Source: Gemmatimonadota bacterium
Lineage (GTDB): Bacteria > Gemmatimonadota > Gemmatimonadetes > Gemmatimonadales > GWC2-71-9
DNA length: 64,000 nucleotides
Assembly (NCBI GenBank): GCA_043744895.1
Contig: JAYTTT010000379.1
Coordinates: 59,745-123,744 of the forward strand
Reading direction: 5' to 3'
The first letter of the stretch is position 1; the number at the start of each line of letters is the position of its first letter. A program made the position numbers and the translations under genes. This document shows, piece by piece, positions 17,878 to 28,800 of this stretch. A model generated the notes under the pieces. It made no database searches. It was not told the DNA's origin and saw nothing but the letters and a program-made list of their open reading frames with translations.

Positions 17878-19392
17878 TCATCCCCGAATCAGCTGTTGGG
17901 CACACATGTAGCCCGGGGTCCCCGCGATTGATCCGCAGGGATAGGCTCCGGCACCGCAGTACCCCACGTTCGCCCACCGCCCGAACTGGTAGAACCGCCG
18001 GGCCGGGTCGGCTGCGAACTGCCGGTCAAAGAAGGTCTGGCCTCCGACCAGCATGGTGTGATCGATATTCCCACCCGGGAAGAGAAACAGCTCCTGAAGG
18101 TCACGCGGCGCCAGCATTCGGCTCCAGACGCAGTCGCCGGGATTGGCGAGGTAGGGAAACAGTTGCGTCTTGACCGCGGCTTCGACCTCGGGCAACGCCT
18201 CGCCCGAAGCGCCTAACGCCAGGTTCTTGAAGAACAGCGTGAGCCGGTCGAATGGCTCAACCAGGCCAAGCTGCCGCATGGCCGCGCCTTCGCAATAGAC
18301 CTGGATATAGCCCGGCGCATACTCGGCCTCGCCCGAGGCAACCCGGAGCGTGGCCCGTTCGAACTCGGCGAGCGACTCAGTGGCGAAAATGAACCGGAAG
18401 GCGGCGGCCCCGTCGGCCCCGGTGTCCTCCTTCCAGCAGACCGGGTTCTTGAAAAACAGGGTCAGCTTGCCGCTGGAGCCGAGGAATCGGGCCCCTTCCA
18501 CTCGCGCCGTCGTGGCCTCGTCGCCGACCAGCCGGGCCGCCGTGAGTGGATCGGTAGCCATGACGAGGTGGTCGAACGGCTCAGTCGCGGGGCGTCCGGC
18601 CAAGGTGTAGTGGACGAGGCCGCGATCGGGGTCAACCCGGTCAACCGGAGCGCCGAGGCGAATCTCGACCCCGATTTCGCGGTTGATCCGGGCCAGCTCT
18701 TCGGTTACCCGCCAGAGCCCCGGCTTGACGAAACCGTAGTAGCCGTCGAAAACCGAGCCCGAGTCCATCACGGGCAGGGTGAACGCCGAGTACGGCTCGT
18801 TGAGGGACACCGGCCCGCTCTCGGTGACCGTCATGGCCATATACATCTTGGTGTAATCGGCGGTGAAGTAGTGGTCGAGCAGGTCGGCGGCGCTCCCGGT
18901 GATCCAGAGGCTGGTTAGGGCGTTGCCCAGCCGGTCGCGTGCCGTCTCAACGTTAGGCGCCGTGGCCGTCCGATAGCCATCCTGCAGAAAGGCCACCACC
19001 TTCGCTTCGTCGGCCCGGAACCCCGCCACGTCGCCCCGCTCGTTCCACTGGGCCCGGAGTTCCTGGTCGAGCGCCTTCGGATCGCGATAGATCCAGGCGT
19101 TGGCGCCCCCGCCCGGGAAATAGACCCGCTTGGCGTGACCGGGCACGAAGGTCTCGAGCCGGTCGGCGAGGCCCGTCTCCCGAAAAATGAAGTCGGGCAT
19201 CAGGCCGAGGACCGAGGCGCCGAGAGCATAGGATTGAGTCCGGCCGTTGATGGTCGCTTCGGCGGAGAGACACGCGCCGCCGACTCGGTCGGCCCGATCG
19301 ATCAGGGTGACCTTGCGGCCGGCCCGCCTCAGGTAGTGGGCGGCTACCAGACCGTTGATGCCGGCCCCGATGACGACGACGGTGCTGGTCAT
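17878..19392 (-). CDS. FAD-dependent oxidoreductase, phytoene desaturase-like family
   Basis: VIGAGINGL Rossmann motif, VGGAC, PGGNIDH and CGAGAYPCGSIAGTPG. Confidence 0.85.
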   Translation of the reverse strand: MTSTVVVIGAGINGLVAAHYLRRAGRKVTLIDRADRVGGACLSAEATINGRTQSYALGASVLGLMPDFIFRETGLADRLETFVPGHAKRVYFPGGGANAWIYRDPKALDQELRAQWNERGDVAGFRADEAKVVAFLQDGYRTATAPNVETARDRLGNALTSLWITGSAADLLDHYFTADYTKMYMAMTVTESGPVSLNEPYSAFTLPVMDSGSVFDGYYGFVKPGLWRVTEELARINREIGVEIRLGAPVDRVDPDRGLVHYTLAGRPATEPFDHLVMATDPLTAARLVGDEATTARVEGARFLGSSGKLTLFFKNPVCWKEDTGADGAAAFRFIFATESLAEFERATLRVASGEAEYAPGYIQVYCEGAAMRQLGLVEPFDRLTLFFKNLALGASGEALPEVEAAVKTQLFPYLANPGDCVWSRMLAPRDLQELFLFPGGNIDHTMLVGGQTFFDRQFAADPARRFYQFGRWANVGYCGAGAYPCGSIAGTPGYMCAQQLIRG

Positions 19393-20417
19393 GCCGGGAA
19401 CGGATAGCCGGCCGAGCGCCGCTCGGCTGGAATCGGACTCCACCGGTCGAGGCCCGGCTTGCCGAACACCGACTCGAGCAGGCCACGCAGATATCCGGTG
19501 GCGTAGACGTGCCCGAGAAAGCCGTAACCGTCGTTCGGCCCAGCCTCGAGCGCCAGCCTCGGCACGTGGTCGATGCGAATCGGGCTGTCGCACCCGATCC
19601 GGCGGAGGACCTCGAACACCGGAATGAAGTCGGTTGGGCCGTCATCGGGAAAGGTCTCGACGAAATCCGTCGCGGTGCCCGCGACATCGCGAAAATGGAG
19701 GTGATGAATCCGGTCCCGAAACCGTTCCGCCATGGCGACCAAATCAGCCCCCATCTCGAGAAAGCAACCACAGCAGAGGGCAATCCCGTTGGCCGGGCTG
19801 CTGGAAAGACCGATCAAGCGATCGAACGCCTCGACGCTCGACATGATCCGGTTGAGCCCGCAGATCGGCGACAGCGGCGGGTCGTCCGGGTGCATCGCCA
19901 GCTTGACGCCCGCCGCCTCGGCGACCGGAATCACCCGCCGGAGGAAATACTCCAGATTGTCCCACATCTGATCCAGCGGCACGGTGGCTTCGTGGTGGGG
20001 CACCGTCTCGGCGGTGACGTCCGCCATCCGGAACGCGGTCGTCGCGGCACCGCCCCGGGCCGGGGCGGTGGAAGTGGTTCGGACCACCATGGCGTCGGCC
20101 AGCACCTGGGGCATGAAGTTGTAACAGAGCACGCCGATGCCGAGGCGGCCCATGTTGCGAATCGCGAGCTCGAACTGGGCGATCTGCTGGTCGCGGCCAT
20201 CCTTGCCGAGGACGATCCGATCGATCGGCGGACCACACTCCACCACGGCGAACGTGAGGCCGGCATTTGCCGCCTGCTTGACGACGACCGACAGCTCGTC
20301 GTACTCGACCGGCATCGTGGCCATGTCGTAATACACGAGGTGATCGACCCCGATCTGCTTGATAACCTGAAGTCGTTCGAGGGAGTATGGTGTCACCGCT
20401 GCCATGGCTAGTCGCAT
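19389..20417 (-). CDS. uxuA: Mannonate dehydratase family protein
   Basis: CYNFMP, LAMHPDDPP, HFRDV, FVETFPDDG and RIDHVP motifs. Confidence 0.88.
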   Translation of the reverse strand: MRLAMAAVTPYSLERLQVIKQIGVDHLVYYDMATMPVEYDELSVVVKQAANAGLTFAVVECGPPIDRIVLGKDGRDQQIAQFELAIRNMGRLGIGVLCYNFMPQVLADAMVVRTTSTAPARGGAATTAFRMADVTAETVPHHEATVPLDQMWDNLEYFLRRVIPVAEAAGVKLAMHPDDPPLSPICGLNRIMSSVEAFDRLIGLSSSPANGIALCCGCFLEMGADLVAMAERFRDRIHHLHFRDVAGTATDFVETFPDDGPTDFIPVFEVLRRIGCDSPIRIDHVPRLALEAGPNDGYGFLGHVYATGYLRGLLESVFGKPGLDRWSPIPAERRSAGYPFPA

Positions 20418-20427
20418 ATTAGGCCTT

Positions 20428-21693
20428 TCATTCGTGCCTCAACGCCTCCACCGGATCGAGCCGAGCGGCCCGATTAGCGGGATACAGACCGAAGAAGATG
20501 CCGGTGACCGCCGATGCCACCAGCGCCACCGCCACTGACCACAACGGGACCTCGGCGGGAATCGGCGTGAACCGGCGGACCACCCACGCGATCCCATTCC
20601 CCCACAGGAGCCCCACCGCCCCGCCGAGGAGGGTCAGGGTGGCCGCCTCCACGAGGAACTGGAACAGGATTTCCCTCCGGGTGGCGCCAAGCGCTTTCCG
20701 GACCCCGATCTCCCGGGTCCGCTCGGTCACCGAGATCATCATGATCGCGACCACGCCAACACCGCCGACCAAGAGACCGACGCTCGACAAGGCCAGCATG
20801 ATCAGGAAGAAGCCGGCAGTCACTTGATCGAAGGTCTCGAGGAGCTTGTTCCCGGTCAGGATCGAGAAGGTGTTCGGCTCGGACGGCCGGAGCCGGCGGC
20901 TTTGCCGCAACGACGCGATGACCTCCTCCTGGGCGTCGGCCACCCGGGCGCTCGGTTTCGGGATCACGATGATCGTGAGCCAGCCCTTGAAGTAATCGAC
21001 CACCTTCACGAACACCGGATGCGGCATGAACATCGTCGGCGGCCCCGCCGACCCCAGCATCGAGGCCGGATCGTCGTAGACCCCGATCACCGTGAAGGGC
21101 TGCCCTTCGACCCGCACCTGCCGGCCGAGCGGATCGAGCCCGTTGAACAACAGCTGCGTCAGTCGCGGGTTGATTACCACCACGCGGGCCCCAGCGGCAT
21201 CTTCCACCGGCGTCCAGTTCCGCCCCGATCGCATCTCGCCGCCGAGGACCTTGATCCAGCTCGGGTTGAGGCCCCCGACGGCGATCTGGGCGACGTGCTC
21301 GTTGCCGTAGCTCACCGAGGCGGCCGCCACCTCCCGGACCGTGACGTCCTCGACCGACGGAAGTTGCCGCAACTGGCGGGCCTCGGCGACCGTCAGCTTG
21401 GGGAATCGTTCCCAGAAGTCCTTCCGGTCCACCTCGTCGGCATCGACGGCGAGTCCCTCGCGGAAGAACCGGACCACGAACAGGGTCTTGGGCCCGGTCC
21501 GCTCGATGATCCCGGTCACGGTGTGATGGATCCCAGTCAGAGTCGCGGCCATCGCGATCACGACCATGGCCCCGATCGCGACGCCGAGGATGGTCAACCC
21601 GGCCCGGAGCCGGTTGGCCCGCACCGACTCGAGCGCCATGGCAACGCCCTCGTAGAGCCGGTGGCCCAGGGTCGATCCGCCCGAGGTGATCAT
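20428..21693 (-). CDS. MacB/FtsX-type ABC transporter permease
   Basis: LTILGVAIG, SVTERTREIGVRKALGA and AARLDPVEALRHE. Confidence 0.93.
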   Translation of the reverse strand: MITSGGSTLGHRLYEGVAMALESVRANRLRAGLTILGVAIGAMVVIAMAATLTGIHHTVTGIIERTGPKTLFVVRFFREGLAVDADEVDRKDFWERFPKLTVAEARQLRQLPSVEDVTVREVAAASVSYGNEHVAQIAVGGLNPSWIKVLGGEMRSGRNWTPVEDAAGARVVVINPRLTQLLFNGLDPLGRQVRVEGQPFTVIGVYDDPASMLGSAGPPTMFMPHPVFVKVVDYFKGWLTIIVIPKPSARVADAQEEVIASLRQSRRLRPSEPNTFSILTGNKLLETFDQVTAGFFLIMLALSSVGLLVGGVGVVAIMMISVTERTREIGVRKALGATRREILFQFLVEAATLTLLGGAVGLLWGNGIAWVVRRFTPIPAEVPLWSVAVALVASAVTGIFFGLYPANRAARLDPVEALRHE

Positions 21694-22928
21694 TCGGCCC
21701 GAAGGGCGGTGATGGGGTCGAGGAGCGACGCCCGGCTCGCGGGGTAGAGGCCCGCGATGATGCCGACGATGACGCCGAGACTCACGCCCGCCGCCACCGA
21801 CCACGGCGCCACCGACGCCGGCAACGGGGTCAACGACCGGAGCAGAAACGCCAGTCCGATGCCGAGCCCGATCCCGAAAACAGCCCCGGCCACCGACAGC
21901 GTGGCCGCCTCGATCAGGAACTGGGCGAGAATATCACGCCGCCTCGCGCCTAACGCCTTCCGGATCCCGATCTCCCGGGTCCGCTCGCTGACCGCCATCA
22001 GCATGATGTTCATGATCACGATCCCGCCGACCACCAGCGAAATGGCCACCAGCCCGGGAAGGGCCACGATCAGCACCGCCGAGATCTTGCTCCAGGTATC
22101 GAGGGCACCCTCGGAGGTCTCGATCGTGAAATTGCTCGGCTGGTCCGGTTTGAGACCGCGGACTCGGCGGAGCACCCCTTCGACCTCGGTCGCCGCGAGC
22201 GACAGCTGGGATTTGTCCGGCACTTGAATGCTCACCCAGTCGAGGTTCTTTCCCTCGCAGAGCCACCGGTGGGCCGGCGAGCCGTAGGGAACCACGGCCA
22301 GTTTGTCGAGCGGCTGTCCGAACAGTTCCCCCTGCGCCTTCAAGACCCCGACCACGTGGTAGGGCAGTCCGCCGATCACGACTTCTCGCCCGATCGGCTC
22401 GACCCCGGCGAGGAGCTTGGAGGCGACCAACGCGCCGAGGACCACGACCGGCGCCCCAACCCTCACCTCCGGTGGGCTGAAGGTCCGTCCGTCGGCCAGG
22501 TCGTACTGTTTGATATCGAAGTAGGTCTCGTCGGCGCTGACCACGTCGATCCCCCGCGCCAGGCGGCCATTCCACCCGATACTCAGGCTTCCGCTGCAGA
22601 CCCGGGAAAACCGGACCGGCACGGCCAAACCGGCCCGGAGCAACCGGGCCTCAGCCTCGCGAAGCGGCGGCCGGCGATTCCACTCCCGCTTCTGTTCCGG
22701 CGTTTGGGTCCAGGAATCGTCGGGGCGCCGTTTAACCTGCAACGTGTTCACGCCCACGAACGCGGTGGCGAACTTCTGCTCCATGAAGACATTCATGCCC
22801 TCGACGATCGACACCACCGCGATCAGGAAGGTGACTCCGATCAGGACGCCCAAGAGCGAAAAAAAGCTCTTGAGCATTTGCGAGCGAATCGACTGGAAGG
22901 CGAGCCGAATGGCTTCGAGGAAGGACAT
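21690..22928 (-). CDS. MacB/FtsX-type ABC transporter permease
   Basis: SLLGVLIGV, IMNIMLMAVSERTREIGIRKALGA and ASLLDPITALRAE. Confidence 0.93.
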   Translation of the reverse strand: MSFLEAIRLAFQSIRSQMLKSFFSLLGVLIGVTFLIAVVSIVEGMNVFMEQKFATAFVGVNTLQVKRRPDDSWTQTPEQKREWNRRPPLREAEARLLRAGLAVPVRFSRVCSGSLSIGWNGRLARGIDVVSADETYFDIKQYDLADGRTFSPPEVRVGAPVVVLGALVASKLLAGVEPIGREVVIGGLPYHVVGVLKAQGELFGQPLDKLAVVPYGSPAHRWLCEGKNLDWVSIQVPDKSQLSLAATEVEGVLRRVRGLKPDQPSNFTIETSEGALDTWSKISAVLIVALPGLVAISLVVGGIVIMNIMLMAVSERTREIGIRKALGARRRDILAQFLIEAATLSVAGAVFGIGLGIGLAFLLRSLTPLPASVAPWSVAAGVSLGVIVGIIAGLYPASRASLLDPITALRAE

Positions 22929-23013
22929 GGCCCGCAAATATACTCCGCGCTGGAGCGTCGTTTCCGGCGAACTTGCCTTCCGCCGCCGTGCCGCGAGCCG
23001 TACCTTCCGGCTC

Positions 23014-24819
23014 ATGAATACCCGCCGCCAGTTCCTCCTTCAGGCCCCGATCGGTCTTCTCGGCGTCGCCGCCGCGTGCCAGGCCGAGCCGAAGAGCGCC
23101 GCCGGAGCTCAGACCGCAGCCACCCCGGGCGCCCCCCCAACCTTCGGGGCCCTTCCGTTGGCCGGTCCCGAAGTCTCGGCCGCCACGTTCGCCGAGGCGG
23201 AAAAGCTGATGCAGGTGACCCTCAGCGAGGCCGAGCGGACGATGGCCGCCGCCAGTTGGCGCCGGTCGATGGCGGCAATGCTCGAACGACGGACCGGGCC
23301 GCGAAAAGTCGGGATCGAAGCGGAGATCGCGCCCGCCACCCGCTGGAATCCGGTCCTGCCTGGTGCCAAACCCGGACCCGAGCGCGACCAGTTCGTCCGC
23401 ACCACGGCCGATCCTGGCCCCCTCCCGGCAAGCGACGACGCCATTGCGTTCGCGCCGGTCACCGAGCTCTCACGGTGGATCGAAACTCGGAAGCTCACCG
23501 CCGAACGACTGACCCGGATCTATCTCGATCGCATCGATCGGTTCGATCCCAAGCTCCGCTGCGTGATCACGTTGCTGCGCGACACCGCATTGGCACGGGC
23601 GAAGCAGATGGATCAGGAGATCGCGGCCGGGAAGTACCGGGGGCCGCTCCATGGGATTCCGTGGGGCGCCAAGGACCTCGTCGACACCGCCGGCGTGGCC
23701 ACGACCTACGGCGCCGAGCCGTTTCGAAACCGGGTGCCGGCCACCAACGCGGCGGTCGTGGACCGGCTCGAGAAGGCCGGCGCGATCCTGATCGCCAAGC
23801 TGAGTCTTGGTGCGCTGGCCCTGAACGACATCTGGTTTGGCGGGCAGACCATGAATCCGTGGCTGCTCGAAGAAGGCGCGTCGGGGTCAAGCGCCGGACC
23901 GGGCGCGGCCACCGCCGCCGGCCTGGTCGGGTTTTCGATCGGGAGCGAAACCGGCGGCAGCATCATCAGTCCGAGCATGCGGTGCGGCATTACCGGTCTG
24001 CGGCCCACCTACGGACGGGTTCCCCGCACCGGCGCCATGACCCTGTGCTGGTCGCTCGACAAACTCGGGCCGATGACTCGGTCGGTCGAAGACGCGATGT
24101 TGGTGCTCCAAGCCATCACCGGCCCCGACGCCGGTGACGTGGCAAGCGTGCCGACCCGGCTCGATTTCGACGCGAATCAGCTGGTCACTGGGCTCCGGTT
24201 CGGCTACTTCCCCAACTGGATGAAGGAAAGTCCGGCCACCGACGTGGACCGAGCCGCGCTGGACACCCTCCGGCAACTCGGACTCTCACCGACCGAAGTA
24301 TCGATACCTGACTGGCCGTATGGCGCCCTGAATGTTGTCCTGTTTGCCGAGGCCGCGGCGGCGTTTGAAGACCTCACGCTGAGCGGCCAGGCCGGTCAGC
24401 TCAAAGCCCAGGTTTCCGACGCCTGGCCCAACCTGTTTCGGGAAGCGCGCTTTCTGTCGGCAGTAGATTTTGTCCAGGCCGACCGCCTCCGTCGAAAAGT
24501 GGCGTTGGAAATGGCCCGGGTGTTTTCGGAGGTCGATCTGCTCCTCGTTCCGTCGCTCCGCGACGAAATGCTGACCATCGGCAACTTCACGGGCCATCCG
24601 TCGATCACTCTTCGAACGGGGTTCGTCGAAGTGGATCAGGCCCGGAGCGACTGGGCGCCCGATCCGGCCCGCCCGCTCCCGAAGTTCTCGCCGCCGCGGC
24701 GGGTGCCCCACGGCGTGACCCTGATCGGGAGGTTGTTCGACGAAGGGACGATCGGCCGAGTCGCGCTCGCGCTCGAGCGAAAGCTCGGCGTGGGAGCGGA
24801 ACATCCGCCCGGGTTCTAG
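23014..24819 (+). CDS. Amidase signature family enzyme, Tat substrate
   Basis: TRRQFL Tat motif; GPLHGIPWGAKD, SGSSAG and GSETGGSI. Confidence 0.92.
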   Translation: MNTRRQFLLQAPIGLLGVAAACQAEPKSAAGAQTAATPGAPPTFGALPLAGPEVSAATFAEAEKLMQVTLSEAERTMAAASWRRSMAAMLERRTGPRKVGIEAEIAPATRWNPVLPGAKPGPERDQFVRTTADPGPLPASDDAIAFAPVTELSRWIETRKLTAERLTRIYLDRIDRFDPKLRCVITLLRDTALARAKQMDQEIAAGKYRGPLHGIPWGAKDLVDTAGVATTYGAEPFRNRVPATNAAVVDRLEKAGAILIAKLSLGALALNDIWFGGQTMNPWLLEEGASGSSAGPGAATAAGLVGFSIGSETGGSIISPSMRCGITGLRPTYGRVPRTGAMTLCWSLDKLGPMTRSVEDAMLVLQAITGPDAGDVASVPTRLDFDANQLVTGLRFGYFPNWMKESPATDVDRAALDTLRQLGLSPTEVSIPDWPYGALNVVLFAEAAAAFEDLTLSGQAGQLKAQVSDAWPNLFREARFLSAVDFVQADRLRRKVALEMARVFSEVDLLLVPSLRDEMLTIGNFTGHPSITLRTGFVEVDQARSDWAPDPARPLPKFSPPRRVPHGVTLIGRLFDEGTIGRVALALERKLGVGAEHPPGF

Positions 24820-24920
24820 CGCTCGGCGACCGAAACTATTCCGGTCGGGCCCCGTATCGCTGCGTACAGCGTGACCGAAGTCCTCCACCGCTGATTCCTC
24901 CTGTCTCCGGGACCAATTCC

Positions 24921-25814
24921 ATGCTGAGCATCCGCAAACTCGTCAAAGTCTATCCGGGGCCGGTTACGGCCTTGCAGGGCGTCTCCCTCGAAATCGCTTC
25001 CGGCATGTTCGGGCTCCTCGGCCCCAACGGGGCCGGCAAGAGCACGATGATGAAGATCGTGGCGGGCGTGCTCGAGCCGACGTCGGGCGAGGTCATCCTC
25101 GACGGCGAGAACATCACCGCCAATCCGGAACGGCTTTGGCCCGCCCTCGGGTACCTGCCCCAGGACTTCGGCTTCTATCCCCATTTGAGCGGGGAGGCGA
25201 TGCTGACGTACCTGCTCGAACTGAAAGGGGTCACGGGACCGCAGGGCACCAAGCGTTTGGTGGCCGACCTGCTCGACCGGGTCAATCTCACCCCGGCAGC
25301 CAAGCGGAAAGTCAAAGACTACTCGGGCGGGATGCGCCAGCGGTTAGGCATTGCCCAGGCAATCGCCGGCGACCCCAAGCTGATGATCGTCGATGAACCG
25401 ACGGCGGGGCTCGACCCCGAGGAGCGGCACCGGTTTTATCGCCTGCTGGCCGAGTTGGCCGAACGGCGGACCGTCATTCTCTCGACCCACATCGTCGAGG
25501 ATGTCGCGGTGCTCTGCCCCCGCTTCGCGGTGGTCCGCCAGGGCCACCTGGTGACCATCACGTCGCCGACCGAGGCCAAGAAAAGTCTCGAGGGCACCAT
25601 CTTCGAAGGCGCGGTGACCGGCCCCGAGCTCGACGAGCTCAAGAAGACCCGGCGGGTTACCCAGGCCTATCTCGTCGAGGGCAAGAATCACGTGCGCGTC
25701 CACCAGCCCGATCGCATCGCCCCGCCCGGGCTCATCGCCGCCGAGGCGACGCTCGAGGATGCCTATCTGGTGGCGATGCAGCAGGACAACACCGGCGCGG
25801 GGCGGGCGGCATGA
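24921..25814 (+). CDS. ABC transporter ATP-binding protein
   Basis: GPNGAGKS, YSGGMRQR, DEPTAGLD and STH motifs. Confidence 0.95.
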   Translation: MLSIRKLVKVYPGPVTALQGVSLEIASGMFGLLGPNGAGKSTMMKIVAGVLEPTSGEVILDGENITANPERLWPALGYLPQDFGFYPHLSGEAMLTYLLELKGVTGPQGTKRLVADLLDRVNLTPAAKRKVKDYSGGMRQRLGIAQAIAGDPKLMIVDEPTAGLDPEERHRFYRLLAELAERRTVILSTHIVEDVAVLCPRFAVVRQGHLVTITSPTEAKKSLEGTIFEGAVTGPELDELKKTRRVTQAYLVEGKNHVRVHQPDRIAPPGLIAAEATLEDAYLVAMQQDNTGAGRAA

Positions 25815-28800
25815 GCCTCCGCCGGTTCGGGCTCGTGGCCAGGAGCGAGCTGGCCTACAATCTCAAGCGGCCGAGCTTCTGGATCATGCTCCTCTTGGCC
25901 GGGCTGATCATCTGGGGCCTCTCCGGCGGCAATGTCCGAGTCATTACGAACTCGGGCGACAGTTCGGTCGGCGGCAAGAAGGCATGGCTTACCTCCGAGT
26001 TCGCGGTCACGCAGATCGTGACCATCGTCTCGTTCATTTTCTTTTCGTTTTTCGTCGCGGTGGCCGCAGGGCTGGCGGTAATCCGCGACCTCGAATGGAA
26101 GACCGGCGAGCTGCTCCACTCCACTCCGCTGACGGCCGGCGAGTACGTCTGGGGCAAGTTTGCCGGAGTCCTGGCCGCGTACCTGGCCGGATTGGTGCTG
26201 ACGTCGGCGTTGATGATTCTGTTCTTCCAGCTGCTGCCCAACAGCGACATGCTGGAGACCCGGGGGCCGTTCCAGTTCCGCAACTATGCCGTGCCGATGC
26301 TGATGATGGGCCTCCCGATCGTGCTGTTCTCGTGCGGAACAGCCTTCGGGATCGGAACCCGGACTCGGCGCCCGATCCTAGTCTTCATGCTCCCGATCTT
26401 CTTGCTGGTCGTCTGCGGCTTCTTCCTCTGGAGTTGGACCCCCGCCTGGCTCGACTCCCGGATCGACCGGGCGCTGATGCTGATCGACCCGTCCGGCTTC
26501 CGGTGGCTGACCCAGACCTGGCTCAAGGTCGACCGCGGCGTCGATTTCTATAACACGCAGGCGGTGGGGTGGGATTCGGGCTTCGTCCTGAGCCGAATCG
26601 GCATCGTGCTGATCGGGTTGGTGTCGACCGGGCTCTCGGCTCGGCATTTCCGCCGGACGCTCCGGTCCTCGGGCAAGGTGACGGGCCGCAGGGCTGCGAC
26701 CGAGGGCAGTGGTGAACCCCACTTCGTTCCGGAGGCGAACGCCACGCTTGGCTCCCTCGGCATGACCGCTCGGGCCCCAACCTTCTGGCGGGGGTTCCGG
26801 CGAGTAGCGTCGGCCGAACTCAGGGAGCTTCGCAGCTCACCGGGACTCTACCTGTTCATCCCGATCATCGTATGGCAGGCACTGGGCAGCGCGTTGCTCG
26901 CGATCGGCGCCTTCGACACGCCGCTCCTCGCCACCCCGGGAACGCTCGCGGTCAGCTCGATGGGAACCCTGATTACCCTGCTCGGTCTGCTGATCGTGTT
27001 CTACGGGGTCGAGAGTCTGGAGCGGGAGCGGGCAACCGGCTTCGCCGCGATTCACGACGCCCTGCCGATCAGCGCTGGGTCGATCCTGGCCGGAAAGGCG
27101 CTGGCCTTGGGCGTCGTCGCGCTGTCCGTCCTGGCCGCCGTGTTCTTGGGCTCCGCGATCGCGCTGCTGGTGCAAGGGAAAGTCGGAATCAGCCTGGTGC
27201 CGTTCATCTTGGTCTGGGGCCTGTTGTTCCTCCCGGGGATCGCGATGTGGACCTGCTTCGTCTTCGCGACGTACGCGGTGGCGAAGAACCGGTATACGAC
27301 CTACGGAATTACGCTGGCCACCTTTGCCCTGACGGTCTACCTCGCGATTGCCGGCAAGGTCAATTGGATCGGTAACTGGCCGCTGTGGGGCGCGCTGCAG
27401 TGGAGCGACATCAGCGTGATCGAGTTCGACCGCTCCGCGCTGGTCCTGAACCGCCTTCTCGTTCTCTCGCTGGCGGCCGCGTTCCTCCGGTTCGCGATTC
27501 GGCACTTTCCTCGGCGCGCGGGTGACGCGATCGGCGTGCTCCATGGCTTGCGTCCCGCCGCGCTGGCCCGCTCAGCCTGGCGGGCGACTCCCTGGCTCGT
27601 CGTTCCGATCGTGCTCGCGGGCCTCCTCTGGCATCAGATCAGCATCGGCCCGGAAGGTCCTCGCGCCAAGAAGGCGATGAAGGATTACTGGAAGAAGAAC
27701 CTCGCCACCTGGACCGACGCGCCGCTCCCGGCCCTCGCCGACGCCGACGTCGACGTCACGATTGAGCCGGCCCGCCGCGCCTGGAAGGTCAAGGGCCAAT
27801 ACCTCCTGGTGAACAAGGAGGCAGTTTCGCTCGCCAAGATCCCACTCACGGTCGGTTTCTGGGACGATGTCACGTGGGAAATGAACGGCACGGCGGCCAA
27901 ACCGGACACCGCTTCCCACCTCTACGTTTTCACTCCACCCAAACCCTTGGCGCCGGGCGACAGCCTCCGCCTCGGGTTCAGCTACCACGGAGTCCAGCGA
28001 GGCTCGACCCGAGCCGGCGGCGGCGCGGGAGAGTTCATCGTGCCGTCCGGGGTCGTGATGACCTCATTCGGCCCCCGATGGTTCCCGATGGTCGGATACG
28101 ACAACAGCATCGGGGTCGAGGACGAGAACCGGGCCGAGCCGAAACAATACCCCGATAACTTCTATGAGGGGGTGACCCCCCCGGCCTTTGGGAGCGCGCT
28201 CCCGATGACGGTTCGAATGACGATCACCACCCCGGCGAATTTCACGGCCAACGGCGTCGGTGAACGGATCTCGGAGGAGGTCAAGGGCGGGCTCAAGACC
28301 ACCGTATGGAAGACCGACCATCCGGTCATGGCGTTCAATGTGGTGGCCGGCCGGTACGTCGTGAAGCAAGGGCTGGGCACCGCCCTCTACTACGACCCGC
28401 GCCACGGGTACAACGCCGTCGAAATGAGCGGAGCGCTCGACGCCGCCCGGAAGTACTACGGTGAATGGTTCGCGCCGTTTCCATGGAAGGAACTCAAGGT
28501 GAGCGAGTTCCCCGCCCTGGCCGGGTATGCCCAGGGGTTCCCGACCAACATCAGCTTCTCGGAGCAGATCGGGTTCCTGACCAAGAGTGAACCGAAGACC
28601 AACCTCGCCTTTCTGGTGACGGCGCATGAGACGGCGCACCAGTGGTGGGGCAACATGCTCCAGCCGGGCCGGGGACCGAGCGGCAACATTCTGAGCGAAG
28701 GCATGGCCCACTTCTCGACGGCGCTTCTGATGGCCCAGGTCAAGGGCGAGCTCCAGGGCATGGAATTCCGGAAGCGGATCGAGTCGCGCTACGGCGACAG

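Noticed and set aside
17878-19392. Carotenoid biosynthesis gene (crtI)
   Set aside because: Only family-level similarity; no crtB/crtE neighbours.
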